A stretch of DNA of 64,000 bases from Dipteris shenzhenensis (taxonomy: Eukaryota): the NCBI GenBank assembly GCA_047967505.1, contig CM106538.1; one strand, 5' to 3'. Below, piece by piece: positions 1 to 12,478 of this stretch. The first letter of the stretch is position 1, and every line of letters begins with the position of its first letter. The notes beneath the pieces are model-generated. The model searched no databases, was not told the DNA's origin, and was given only the letters and a program-made list of their open reading frames with translations. A program made the position numbers and the translations under genes.

Positions 1-635
1 TCAAAGCACATTGACATCTGCTACCATTTCATACAACATTGGGCGGAAGATGGAATTATTCAACTACCAAAGTGCCATTGCATTAGCAAAGAATCCAAAA
101 GATCATGAGAGGCCAAAGCACATTGACACCCACTAACATTTCATATGACATCAAGTGGAAGAAGGAATTGTTTATTTAGTTCATTGTTTCTCTGAGGACC
201 GCCGGGCAACAGATTTATTTATAAAAAAATTTACCTCGTAGGAAGTTTGAGAAGTTTAAATCCTACCCATCTATTTTTTAATAGAGACCATCCAATGATG
301 GGGGAGTCTTGAAGTATATGGGTCATTGGGCTAGTCCCACACATGTATATATTGTTGGATATATGTTCATATATTGTATGTATGGGTAAATGGTTAGGAC
401 CATAGAGTTCTATAGAGGGATTCTAAGTCATTGTGCGGATAGTCCTTATGGACTTAGGGCAACAGACCTAGGGTTCCATGTATATTTTATCATCTTCATC
501 TTTTTTGTTATGTGAGAGTGTACATTTTGTATAGCCAACTGTGTGTATGTTCTCTCTTGTCCTCTTTAATGTGTGCTTAGAATGTTGGACTGTGTGTCCT
601 CATTTAGATCTATCTTTAGCATAGATTTCAATATC
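1..635 (+). mobile_element. Degenerate Ty1/Copia 3' end: RNase H remnant (motif present twice), PPT and probable 3' LTR
   Basis: 1-33 translates SKHIDICYHFI and a second KHID-like copy lies at ~115-150; purine tract GGGGGAG at 300-306. The LTR end is approximate. Confidence 0.6.
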
Positions 636-1137
636 AAGACTTGCTGCAGAGATTTGAGGCCCAAAAAGTGGATTCGTATAGACATAAATGAAGACAAAAT
701 TAATAGAGCATTTAAATTGGTTAGAAGTTGTCTTGTCAGTATTCTATGAATTCTTTATGAGTAGAAATGGATCACTTAGATCTATTTTTATTAAAGCAAG
801 TTTTGCACTTGCAAAATCTTATTTTTTTGGAAAGAGAGACATTGGGGGTTTCCCCAAACAAGGACTCACAACCACAATATCATAAGTTTCCCAAAGAAGA
901 GCTCACAATTATTCGGTCATGACATAGTGAATATCAAAGATGAAAGGTGAAAGAAGGGGGGGAAAGGTGCAGAGATGCATATGTATGAACTCATGGCATG
1001 GGTTTATAAAGCACATGTCACAAGAAAATTATGCAAAATGAACAACATCAATCTCTTACTAAAAAAATATTTTTAGTAAATCCTATATATGCATGTAAAT
1101 CCTAGTTATGTATGTAATCAATACTTACTAGATTGTG

Positions 1138-1141
<4 letters not shown>

Positions 1142-1194
<53 letters not shown>
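1142..1194. repeat. (CT)n microsatellite
   Basis: Directly visible dinucleotide run. Confidence 0.95.
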
Positions 1195-1200
<6 letters not shown>

Positions 1201-1589
1201 TGCCTTTTACCAAATGTTGCAAAACTCGATCCCCTCTGTATGGCACTCTTTTTTTTTTTGTGAATCCTCTCTTTGGAAATCTCATTCACTCTCTTGTTTG
1301 CATGAGAATCTCTCCTTGCATATGGATATTCTTCTTCTTACTATGATGGTACAAATCCTCATATATAGGAGGTTGCTTCTTCAAGATCCCATGATAGCTT
1401 TTCAAACACCTATGATACTTTTAGATTGAAGAACAAGATACAGGATACTCTAGCTACATCTCCAATTTGTGTAGGATCCTTGAGGGGTCACTCAAAACTA
1501 TGTAAGATGTATTAGCACATTATACTCATCCCATGCAAAACTTTGCTAGTTAGCACACTTGGGTGTGTGAAACATAGACATTAGTTGAC

Positions 1590-2209
1590 AAAGCATGATG
1601 TCTCTAATGATCAAGGTGTATATTGATGCTTACTTGAGAAAGAATGAGACATGAAAAAAGATGGCACACCGTCCCATGCCTATGTTGTAGGTATTTTACC
1701 ACATCTACAATCATCAAATGATATCAAGAGGTAGACAAGATGATTGGATGGTTTCTCTATCTCAAGTTCTAGTTAGCTTACATGAAATGTTACAAGTGAA
1801 AAGTTGCATATAGGCTATAGAAATTTTTAGATGTATCCATAAAATATCATGGACTTCCATGCAAGCATTGTTGGCTACTACAATAATGTGTGAAATTTTG
1901 ACATCCATAAACATTTAATAGAGCATGATGCCTCGAACTCTCATAGGGAAAATAAATGCTTAGTTGAGAAAGAGTGGGACATGGGAAAAGAAGGCATGCA
2001 CCATCCCTGGCCTATTTTTATTAGCTAGTTTACCACATCTATAATCATCCAACCATATGGTAGGGGATAGGACTATTGGATCATTTCCCTAACTCAAGGT
2101 CTGGCTAACTTGCATGAGACGTAGAAAGTTGTATATAGAGTCTAGAACTTTTTAGATCTATCCTTAAAACACTGTGAGCCTCTAAGCAAGCATTACTACT
2201 TACTACAAC

Positions 2210-2210
<1 letters not shown>
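1590..2210. repeat. Diverged ~330-bp tandem duplication of an unclassified repeat
   Basis: agcatgatg...gcttacttgagaaagaatgagacatg (1592-1655) vs agcatgatg...gcttagttgagaaagagtgggacatg (1922-1984); ttttagatgtatcc...gcaagcatt recurs in both units. Confidence 0.7.

Positions 2211-2211
<1 letters not shown>

Positions 2212-2246
<35 letters not shown>
2212..2246. repeat. (TG)n microsatellite
   Basis: Directly visible. Confidence 0.95.
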
Positions 2247-2248
<2 letters not shown>

Positions 2249-2630
2249 AATTCAGTATCCCATCACATCAATGAACCATACATTAATTTCAAAGTAGTAT
2301 AATAAATAATTTATATCAAAAATGAGAGAAAAAGTTTCAATTATTTATTTGATGAAAAAAGTAACACTTGGAGTAACATATGAATAGTCATGTTGTAGCC
2401 ACGGTAATTGTGTCCTTGATGTCAATTATTCGAGAAGGAAGGAAATATACCTGCCAGACTGACCAGACAATAACGAAAGTTAGAACTTTATTGTGGTTAT
2501 TGAATGGGTGACAGGTATTTAAGCGTTCTTCCCTTGCTTGTCATTGCTATCACGAATAATACTCATCAAACATACAAGAACCCAGGCTAGTAAATGTCAT
2601 ATATTAGGAAGTAGTTCGAAAAAGGTATAA

Positions 2631-3003
2631 GAGAAAGGTTTAGAACTTGTTAGGTGTAAGAAACATAGAAATAAAATTATTTGGAGAAATAAGAGAAAGA
2701 GTTAGGACCTATTAGGTGCAAGAAACATAGAAATAAAATTATTTGGAGAAATAAATTAATTTCCTAGCCTTTCATAAACGAGGCATGATAAAAGTTTTTA
2801 AAAATCCTTTAAAAAATTAAAAGCCTACCATATCGGAGGCACAGTAAATTATAGGTTAGTGAAATAATTTCCTAGCCTACCATAAAGGAGGCATTAAAAA
2901 ATTAAGATAAATAATGCAATCACTAAGCCTACCATAGAGGAGGCACAATAATTGTTAGAAACAAGTTAGAGAAAATGATTTATTAGCCTTCCATTAGGAG
3001 ACA
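2631..3003. repeat. 62-bp tandem duplication followed by five ~20-bp hairpin repeats (AGCCTACCATAnnGGAGGCA) with AT-rich spacers
   Basis: Duplication 2631-2692/2693-2754; repeats at 2766, 2822, 2874, 2926, 2985. Confidence 0.85.
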
Positions 3004-3479
3004 CAATAAAATTTGGAAAGTTACAAAAATAGATAGATAGTTTTTTGTATGGGGGACAAAAAGAATCAAAGTTAGAATTTCATTGCATGGGTGACAAGTG
3101 CCCAAACATTGCCTGATACGTTTTATTGATGTTACTAACAAACAAGTATACAATTGTCTAAAACTTCATAGAGAAGATCTTATTATTGCACATCCATTAT
3201 TATTTCAAAAGTGTCTTAGCATTCCTAGGGAGGTAAGGTCTAGTATCAATAATATCTCCAATTTTCTCATATTCTTTTTGGGCATTCTCCATCTTTTGGT
3301 TGATGAGGGATATTTTGACAGGGTCCAGGATCACTGACATTCTAGTGGTCCTTTTATATGTGGGGATGTTTGGTCCCAACTTTGGCTGTCAATAATCATA
3401 AAAATCAAAGGTTACAAGAATAACTTTTTATTTAAAAGAAAATAACCTATATTTAGAATTAGTAGTACCATTAGAATTT

Positions 3480-3870
3480 TTTGTTCCAAGCTTACGAGTT
3501 GCAGCATAGCTGAACATTATTTTGGCGAGAGAGAAGCTGTACAGAAAAGGCTACACCAATTTCATGAGCTAGAGGAGCTTGACTTTGGGCATCTTGGCCT
3601 AAACAAGTAATTCAACGCTAAAGAAAAGCTTGGCATGATAGGCACATCAAAGCTAAGCATCTAAAGAAAGGGATCCTTGTCCACTTGTACAATGCCAAGC
3701 TAGGTCCCATTCAAACTAATTTCAAACTGGGATGGAATGGGCTGTATAAGCTTGTTGAAGTCTATGACAATGGGACAGTCCAACTGGCATATCTCCAAGG
3801 CCAACTTATCCCATATACTTGTAATGGGAGCAGGCTAAAATTGTATCAAGCTCACAACTACCACTGCTAA
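3480..3870 (+). mobile_element. Ty3/Gypsy (Athila/Tat-like) integrase C-terminal remnant
   Basis: KAWHDRHIKAKHLKKGILVHLYNAKLG...KLGWNGLYKLVEVYDNGTVQL...NGSRLKLY matches the non-chromoviral Gypsy GPY/F-region pattern. Confidence 0.75.
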
Positions 3871-4191
3871 CTGCACCTTGGTCTTCCATGCAGCCACCTC
3901 AACTTGTTTAATGTTCAACCGAGATTAGTGGTCTTAATGGCAGACTAAGTATGGTAGATCATGGGATCAATGTGGGGTTCATAGAGTTTGATGCTGCGGT
4001 AATCACACACTCAATGATGATGCCAATTTCAAGATGACCTGTTGTAGCGTGGAAGCTAAAGGATGTAATGTGGATGCATAAGCCTCTACACTTCATCTTG
4101 TTTATTTATCATACATCTTCTTTATTATCCCACTTTTGAATTTGCTTCTAGCTTGTCTTTCTTTCTTTCTACAACTTTCTTCTTTATTGCA

Positions 4192-5760
4192 ATGGCCTCC
4201 CCAATCTCTTTTGAATCCTCCACACATGAGTATAGCCCACCTCCTTTAGCTACCATTACCTCCACCATTGACATTCCACCTTCTACTGCTTCAACCTCAT
4301 GAAAATCTAAACAATAGCCTCACTTTTAGGCGCCACACCTAATCGATACTACTATGGAGCCTCTCAAATCGTGGCTCCATCGCAATCACATTTCATGGTT
4401 CCCAAGGCTCCCATGGGCTACAATTTGGGACCCAATAGTTGTGGATGGGCTTATAAGTATGTATCTCTTGACTGACAATAGAGTCCTCTTCAATGAACAC
4501 TGTGTCTTTCTAGCAAGAGTTATATAAATCAATTTTTTTGCTTTTGGCTGGACCAACAGTGGCACCTTTACCCGACCATGGATGCTACGATGCTTATTTC
4601 TTGGAATGTAGTTATTCTTCCTCTAGGGGTATACAATCAACAAGTCTGTTGATCCATTTGTCCGTCCATTCTTTATATTTCTTTTGGAGTTTATTGGGCT
4701 CAAGAAGGTCACATAGACTGTGCCTCACAACTACATGTAGTGGCCAACAATATCCTACCTCTCTAGCTAGGCGATGGATTGGCTCACATTGTTTATGAAG
4801 GCATTCAACCAAAGGTTGTAGAAAATCTTCAAGGGACAAGCTCATTAAAAGATCAGCCCATATATATGTATGATCTGATATCACTTAGCTTCAGGCCAAG
4901 TATCCTGGCCCTTGGTCACACAAGCCAAGTGGATAACTAGAAACACTTCCCCACGTGCCTTACCTCCTGTTCCAGTCCTTGGTGTAATCCCTACTTCTGT
5001 CTCTAATTCTGCTTAAGTGTCAGTAACCTCAGCCTATGACCACATCAACTATGCATGACCTTTTTGCACCAGCTACTGCCAAGGTATGAGCCGAAGCTTC
5101 CTTTGTCCATGTCCTCCATTGCCACTTCAACTGCTCCTATCACCACTGTTGCCACAGTCACTTCCTCTCTTACTACAAGAACCTCTGCTTCAAGCACTTC
5201 CGCTCCTTTGCTGCTAGTCACCAATCTTCTATCCCTTACTTCAATATCTCTCTTTATCACGAAGACAATGACTTACCAAGAGTGCCCACCACAAACGACT
5301 GCTCCCAATGGCGCAATGGGCACAATCATTTTTACAAAGCCCATCATTGTTCGCCTGGAACCTTAGTGATTCAAAGTACTACAATGGACACTAAGCGAAT
5401 TCCATCAAATGAGTTGAACTCCACTTTCACCTTGCTAATAGGTCCAAAGACCTCAAGGGCTTAACTCCACCTTGGGGAGACCTCCTATCTCACCAAGTTT
5501 TCAACATTCTGCTATGCGGTGTATAATTTTGTACCAACCCATGCTTCCTCCTCCATGTGCTTCAAAATGCCACAGTGTCAATGAAATCTTCTTTTTTTAT
5601 GAGGTTGGTATTTATGTGGACTAATACTCTGAGATCCGACAACAACTTGTGGCTAAGGGGAGAAAATGCCCTGCATACCCTAGCCAATAGCATATCATCC
5701 ACATAAAGTGCCAGGAGTATTAGCCTATTATCCTTAGCCCTTTTAGTGTAGAGGCAGTGA
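4192..5760 (+). pseudogene. Decayed extra ORF downstream of the Gypsy pol (env-like position)
   Basis: ATG at 4192 opens MASPISFESSTHEYSPPP...MEPLKSWLHRNHISWFPRLPWATIWDP..., interrupted by TGA/TAG stops; the right end is approximate. Confidence 0.4.
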
Positions 5761-5774
5761 TCAATCTCACTTCT

Positions 5775-7620
5775 TCTTAAACTGTGGGACCGAATGAAAG
5801 CATCAAACTTCTAATACCATTCTCTAGGCGCTTGCTTATGAAGGCCATGGAGACTCTTTTTCAGCTTGCAAACCAAATGTTCTTTGCCCATTTCTTCAAA
5901 GCCTTCCAGTTGTACCATGTAAATTTCCTCATGTAGATCCCCATGCAAGAAAGCTGTCTTGACATCCATCTGCATAATACACATATCCTCTACTACCACA
6001 AGTCCAAGTACACATCTAAGTGTGGTCATCTTCACAACTGAAGAGAAGATCTAATTAAAGTCCACACCCTTCTCTTACTTGAATCCTTTAGCAAAACCAA
6101 AGGGGCTGTGTACTTAGGCACATCATCACTTGTAACCATCTTGTAGACCCATTTACATGGCAATGCTTTCTTTCCATGTGGCAAAAAAACCAAGTCCCAA
6201 GTCTTATTTTTCATGAGTGAATTCATCTCTGATTGCATAGCATACTCCCACTTGCACTGATCCTCGCACATTGTACCCTCCCTATAGCAAGAAGGCTCCC
6301 CACAATCAGTAAGCATCACATAGTTTGCCCCCAAGGATTGCACATTCACGTAATCATGCGAATTTTCTTGTGATTACGTGTCATGATGACGTATTTCACG
6401 GATACAATCATGTCTTTATGCTATCAAGTGGCCTTGACCTGGAAACCGAATACATATCAATGATAGTACCAACACCACCAACGGTAGTTCTAATACTACC
6501 ATCAGTAGTTAAACACAATAGTACCGACGGTAGTATTAACCATATTGCCGGTACTTTTATTACCGCCAGTAATAAAAGTATTCCCACTAAGAATAGTAGC
6601 ACTATCGACGGTATCATGTCACTTACCACTGGTAGTAATACTACTACTGGCAGTGATACAATAATTATCGACGGTAGCACTATCGCCCCAAGATATATGC
6701 ATCATCTAAAGTGGTGAGTAAGTCTGTAGGTAGAGTAGACATGAAGAGAATGTCATTGTCAGTATTATCAGTGATTGCATTAATCTCCTCAATCTGCATT
6801 TTTCCTTTGTCCTCCCTGGGACTCTCTTCCTTCTAATTTGCATTCTTTTTCTTATATTTTTGCTCTCTTTTTGGCTTGTTGCAATCCTTTTAATGTGACC
6901 TTCTTGCCACAATGGTAACACTCAATGTTCCATGCCTTGGATTTGGTACAAGACTTCCCTCTTTCTTGGGACTTTCCCCTGAACTGTGATTTGTCCCTTT
7001 GCACATTTAAGGCGGCATCCAACTCGTTGCCATCCATAGACTTCTATCTAGTCTCCTCGGCCAACAAACTATCCACAACATCATCAAACTTCAGTACTCC
7101 ACCACCGGTAGAGTTACTGATGATAGCTATACAGAAGGTATCCCATGAGAATGGCAATGAACATAAGAGGAATATTGCCTTAGTCTCCACATAAAAAATA
7201 ATCTTATGAGCGTGTAGCTGGCTGAAAATACTATTGAATTCATTTAAGTGAGAAGCAATAGAGACCCGATCCTTCATCTCCAGCTCAAACAACCTCTTCA
7301 TAAGGTAAACTTTGTTAGAGGCAGTTTCCTTCTCATAAGTGGCACATAATTTCTTTCACAAATCTTCCATACTCTGCTCATTTACAACTGTGAAATAAAC
7401 TGACTCTGCAAGATGAAGTTTAACAGTAGACTTTGCTAATGCATCCAACTCATTCCAAATCCTCAGACATATTTGCAGGCTTAGCTTCAATCCCTACCAA
7501 GGGTTTAATCTACTTCTTTTGAATAAGAACATCCCTTATATGTTCTTTCCACAAAGAAAAGTTTGTCCCATCAAACTTTTTAATGCTAAAAAACTCATTT
7601 TCAGACATGGAAGAGGATGC
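5775..7620 (-). mobile_element. Degenerate Ty1/Copia internal region: gag with zinc knuckle, then RT N-terminal part; integrase missing
   Basis: gag ...LMKRLFELEMK..SIASHLNEFN (7044-7301), CYHCGKK knuckle (~6900), EPSCY...WDLV.LP.GKKALPCKWVYK and QMDVKTAFLHGDLHEEIYM (5811-6330). Confidence 0.85.
6340..6690. repeat. Array of ~9 imperfect palindromes (ACTACCGACGGTAGT-like) inserted in the Copia remnant
   Basis: caccaacggtag, actaccatcagtagt, taccgacggtag, ttattaccgccagtaataa, tatcgacggta (x2), taccactggtag at roughly 20-40 bp spacing. Confidence 0.65.
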
Positions 7621-7903
7621 CATGATGCAAATAAAGCAAAATCCCAAATGTTAGTACCTATAAGAGAGAAATCACACCAAATACTAGGTGCACCAAAATA
7701 TGTCTACTTTAATGGAGGATAGTGTCACCAAAACTCAAGGTTCAAAGCATCAAAATGCATCTAACCCATGTGCATGTACTATACATCCATATGAGCATAT
7801 ATGGCACAAAAGAAAATGTCAATCTACAAAGACAAAACAATGGCAAACCCAATGCCAAAAAGAGCCAAATGCATCAAGCATAAACACCATCCATGGGCAT
7901 AAG

Positions 7904-8201
7904 TGTTGGCTCATAGAGAATGCAATGAGGCACAATGAACAAATCTTTATTCAAGAGTGGTTACATATATAGGCAACTGCCTCCATGTTGATAGATCCCA
8001 AATCCACAATCATCTCCATGATTATCTCAATCAGTCACCTCCTATGATCACTCACACATCATACCAACCTGACATACCTAATTGCCAAGTCACTAGAACC
8101 TTCGAGCACACCTACACCCACACACTCCTTGCATAGGACTCCAAGCCCATAAGCATACACACACACACACGCACACACACACACACCAATTTGCCCCTTC
8201 A
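7904..8201. mobile_element. Solo LTR, 298 bp
   Basis: TGTTGG...CTTCA termini flanked by 5-bp direct repeat ATAAG (7899-7903 and 8202-8206); contains a (CA)n run. Confidence 0.75.
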
Positions 8202-9145
8202 ATAAGCATCAATAATGTCTCATCTAAGAGAGCATAGCACTATCAGTGCATCAACTGCAATGTTGTCCCTCAGCATAAAATAGCATCTGCGTGCTAAACA
8301 TCCATAAGCATCCCACAAGGTAATCTGGGCCTATCAATGCATCCAACAAGGATCGTAATGCATCCAAATGGCCTGTAAAGCATCCATTGCAATCCAATAC
8401 AAACCACAAATGAGTGCACATGGCTTAGACTACAACAACCAACGTGATTTGTATAAGGTATGTCCCAAAAATCACTGCCCCACTACAATGACCGCTACTG
8501 AAAATAAGACCTGAGATGCCTCAAAACATGGACATCACTGTATAATCGGACTCAACAAGAAAATCTGCAAACATCTCTCTTCTGTTGGAACTCCAAAATC
8601 CCAACCGATGAATGGGAAATGAGGAATCAACCCTTGCAATTAACATGTAATAAAAAAATCAAAGGTTTGAACCTTTAAATGGATTTTTGGCAGAGAAATA
8701 GACGATTCGGCGTCTCACAGAGACGGAACTTCTCCAAATGTCCATGGAATTGCACAAGAGCTAATAGTTAGGGGTTTTTGGGCCTCAAGAACGCAATGGA
8801 ACAGATGGTTTTGGAAACCGTTGTCCTAATCACCACGTCCAACACATAGACCAAAAAACATTTTTGCAAATATACCTATTAGTAAATACCACTGGAGTGC
8901 AAATGATGAGCAACACAAAAGTTTTAGGACCTCCTGACTCCACCGGAACTGACAGATCTGTGAATGGTTGCTTCAAACTTGAGTTTCAACACAATGGCAG
9001 AAAAACGTTGAAGCAAAGACAGTGAGTTAGAAATCAGACACACTAGTGGTTAGTATAATGACCTCACATTGTTTGGCCCAAAAAATGTTGGCTCCAAACC
9101 TGGTCATTAAGCATGAACATTTGCTCAGGCGAGGCAGGTATGGTG

Positions 9146-9280
9146 ATTTCAAATTTTGTCGTTTGCGAAATAGCAGTGGTAGGTGATGAACATCGATCAA
9201 CAGACGGAGTGCTGGAGCTCTATTTCAAATTGTCGTTTACGATGTAGCATTAGGTGGTGAACATGATCGACACACGGAGT
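9146..9280. repeat. Imperfect tandem duplication (~60-65 bp units) in the kinase promoter region
   Basis: atttcaaattttgtcgtttgcg...taggtgatgaacatcgatc...acggagt (9146-9210) vs atttcaaattgtcgtttacg...taggtggtgaacatgatc...acggagt (9222-9280). Confidence 0.8.
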
Positions 9281-9488
9281 GGGGTGAGTGTGCTCGAGCC
9301 CGGGGAAAAGGGGAAGGGGTTGGTCAAGATAAACGTTGACCAATAACAAAGGGGGGGAGGGGGATCCGGTGCATAATTTTCATCATCCTTTTTTTTTTTT
9401 TCCTATTTTCTTTCTTCTTCTTCTTCTTCGTCTTCATCATCTTCATTTTCTTCTTCATCTGATAAGCAAGCAAGCAAGCTCTGTGGCT

Positions 9489-9578
9489 ATGGCTATGGCT
9501 ATGGCGAATTGTACCCCTCCCTTCCCCCTCCACTCTCCCAGATCTGCCTCCCCTTCCTGCATGCTTTCCTCCTTCTGA
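9489..9578 (+). promoter_or_regulatory. Candidate upstream ORF (29 aa) in the probable 5' UTR
   Basis: Three tandem in-frame ATGs in GCTATGGC context; MAMAMANCTPPFPLHSPRSASPSCMLSSF*; stop 31 nt before the main ATG. Confidence 0.45.
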
Positions 9579-9609
9579 CCCCTGCCTCCCCCCTCCCTCC
9601 CCTTTGACC

Positions 9610-10116
9610 ATGAAACATATCCTCCGTAAGCTTCACATCGGTGGTAGCCACGACACCTTCGACTCTCGCCCTCACGACGTTGGTGGCCGTGTCCTCGATG
9701 GTCGCGCTCACGTTGTCGGCGGGCTCGCCTCTGCGGACTCTGCCCTTCAGTCCGACGCCCCCTCCCCTTCGTTCGCAGCTGATCAGAGAGTTCCCTCCGG
9801 TTTCTCTGGATGGCTTACCAATGCCCGGCACAGTCTGCTTCCCTCGAATGGGACTCCCAGGCCGAGGTTGGAAAGCGCAGCAGAAAACACTACTTCTCCG
9901 AGACTAGAGAGCGATCCTGGAGCCGGCGGTTCGATCGATTTCAAGTATTACGAAGAAGAGTATCAAGTAGAGCTAGCATTGGCATTAAGCGTGTCTAATC
10001 AAAATGTCCTGGATGATCCGGAATCGTTGCAGATCAGAGCAGCTAAAAGGATCAGTCTTGGTCGTCCCCCGTCACCTGGCAGCTCAGTGGGTGATTTTTC
10101 CGCGCATAGATATTGG
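9610..10116 (+). CDS. EDR1: Raf-like kinase exon 1
   Basis: [12 protein letters not shown]...SAHRYW; donor GTAAGA at 10117. Confidence 0.93.
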
Positions 10117-12434
10117 GTAAGACTTCGTGATGACGGTGGAACTCGTTTTCGAAAACAAAATTGACAAATGTCTCACCTAACCTAATGATCTGGTAGAGAG
10201 TGCACGCTTAGGTGTTTGTTTTGTAAACAGTCAACGTTGCCACTTGGACGAGTAGCTTGCTAGTGCGGGATGATAAAGCCCTTTCTACGATCAGTCATCC
10301 AGACCCTATCGAAGAATAGGATGCGCAAATGTGAAAGCTGTTAACCATTGTTTCGTGAACTCGGTTCCGTTTCAATGGCTATATTGTGGTCGAGAGGATT
10401 GCAAGATTAGCCTATTAATTTTTTGCCTGTCTACCTGCTAGAATTAGTGGCTTAAACTGCCCTCTGTATGCCCACTCCGACAACCACAATGACCTACTGA
10501 GAGAAGCATCTCCCTGCAGTAAACCACTCCCTACCCATGAAGCACCAGAGAAAGTCAACTTCCACACAGTAACTAATTTAGTAAGCAGCTCCGACTGTTG
10601 AATTTAGGAGTGTGTGTGGGGGAGGAGCTTGGTTTAGTGCAGAAGCAGTTGCAAGGCAGTTAATCTGTCTAATACTCAAAAGGTGATTATGCAAAGTGTT
10701 TGAACAAATTGAGGACTGGCCGACCAACCAGATTTGTCTTGATAGAGGCAATTTAAAGGAATTTGTGAGTGATGCAGGCAAAGAACGCCATAAATGCACT
10801 TTGATAGATTTGGGTAAGTCATGGACTTTGGGTTGCAGGTGTGGCTGGTAGAAGTCGGGCAAAGAATGCTCCTAGAGACAGATTGGATGCTTGGAGAAGA
10901 AGGCTCATGGAGGTTTGGGATGCCACGCCAGTTTTTAGGTATAACTTAATGCTTTGGAGGGTTCCGATAGGTAAGCGACCCTGTTAAGACCAGGTATCCA
11001 AGGGGAACCCAAGAATCTTGCCGTTTTGTGTGTTGCAAATCTAGGGAGGAGAGTCTTCCATATTTTTGTGGGAATGTCCTGCAGTAATGCTTGTGTGGAG
11101 GAGGACGATTCGGTCGTTCAACAGTATGCAAATTTGCTTTCCTTTGAGATAGAAGCTGGTCCTATTAGGAGATAAGGGTTCTATGAATGATGGAAAGTGT
11201 GGCAGATTATCAGGGCTGCAGTAATCAGCTGTATTTGGCTATCCCAGAACAGGGTGTTTTTGAGAAGCATTTTGGAGTTTGGTTCAAGGACTTAGAGGCA
11301 GCTCTTAGGATGTCCTTTAACAGTAAAGTAAGGGAACTCTAAGGCCTGTGAGCCTAAAAGTAGAGACTTGTTTGATTCTGTAATAACTGTCTCGATATGA
11401 GGCTGCCTTTTTCTTTTATATGTATATGTATATTGACAAGAATTTCCCGCAAAAAAAGAGAGAAAGAGATTAGCCTATTAATTATGTTCATAAACATATT
11501 GCTTTCTGCTACCTTGCACTAGCTTTCTTTCAGTGCTTGCTTTCAAGTCTGTCCTGTTTTTTTAGAACGTACCATTGGTAGATCACCATTCTGACTCTCA
11601 CTAATAAGGATGATTGCAGACTTATAGCGTACTTGATTACGAGGAGAAGGTGGTGGATGGGTTCTATGATGTCTACAGTGTTGTATCTGACTTCGGCACC
11701 TCGGAGAAAATGCCCTCTTTAGGGGACTTACAAGGCACCCCTTTAACAGACTCGCTTGGCTATGAGGTGGTTTTGGTGAACAGAGCAATTGACCCTGACC
11801 TTGTACAACTTGAACAGGCAGCTCTTTGCCTTGCTATTGATTGTGGAGAAGGTGAATTTGGTCCACAGCAAAGCGACCTTGTACAGAAAATTGCAGACCT
11901 TGTCGTGGGACACATGGGTGGCCCTGTTGTGGACGCAAATGAAATGCTGAGGAGATGGAGGACAAGAAGTTATGAGCTCAGGACATCTCTGAACAACATT
12001 GTCTTACCGCTAGGCTGTCTTCAAATTGGATTGTCCCGGCATCGAGCTTTGTTGTTCAAGGTATAGCAACTACCATGTTTGCAGGGTTTGTGCTGTAATT
12101 TGTCAAGGTAGTTTCCCAAACATGGGGAAATACTTTGGCCTTTCATTTTCCTAGGAATGCAGAATCATTTTGACGCATACACTCGTTTTCTTATTAAAGA
12201 CGTTGATACTATGGGCTTTGCAACTCTGTGTGTAGGTTTTGAAAACGCTTGTCACAGGATGATGTTCAGTTTTGAAAATTATTGTTACAGGATGTTGTTC
12301 ATACTTACAGGCTGTATAAACTTGAAACTAAGACATTGAACGAGTCTCTGGCTTAAGGGGGATGGGCTAGTGACGGGCTGGGCTGATGATACATGTGAAT
12401 GGATAGAGAAGGGGAAGAAGTGACGAGAGAGAGA

Positions 12435-12478
<44 letters not shown>

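Noticed and set aside
2766-3003. CRISPR array
   Set aside because: Eukaryotic TE context, no cas genes, repeats short and degenerate, and alternate spacers resemble each other
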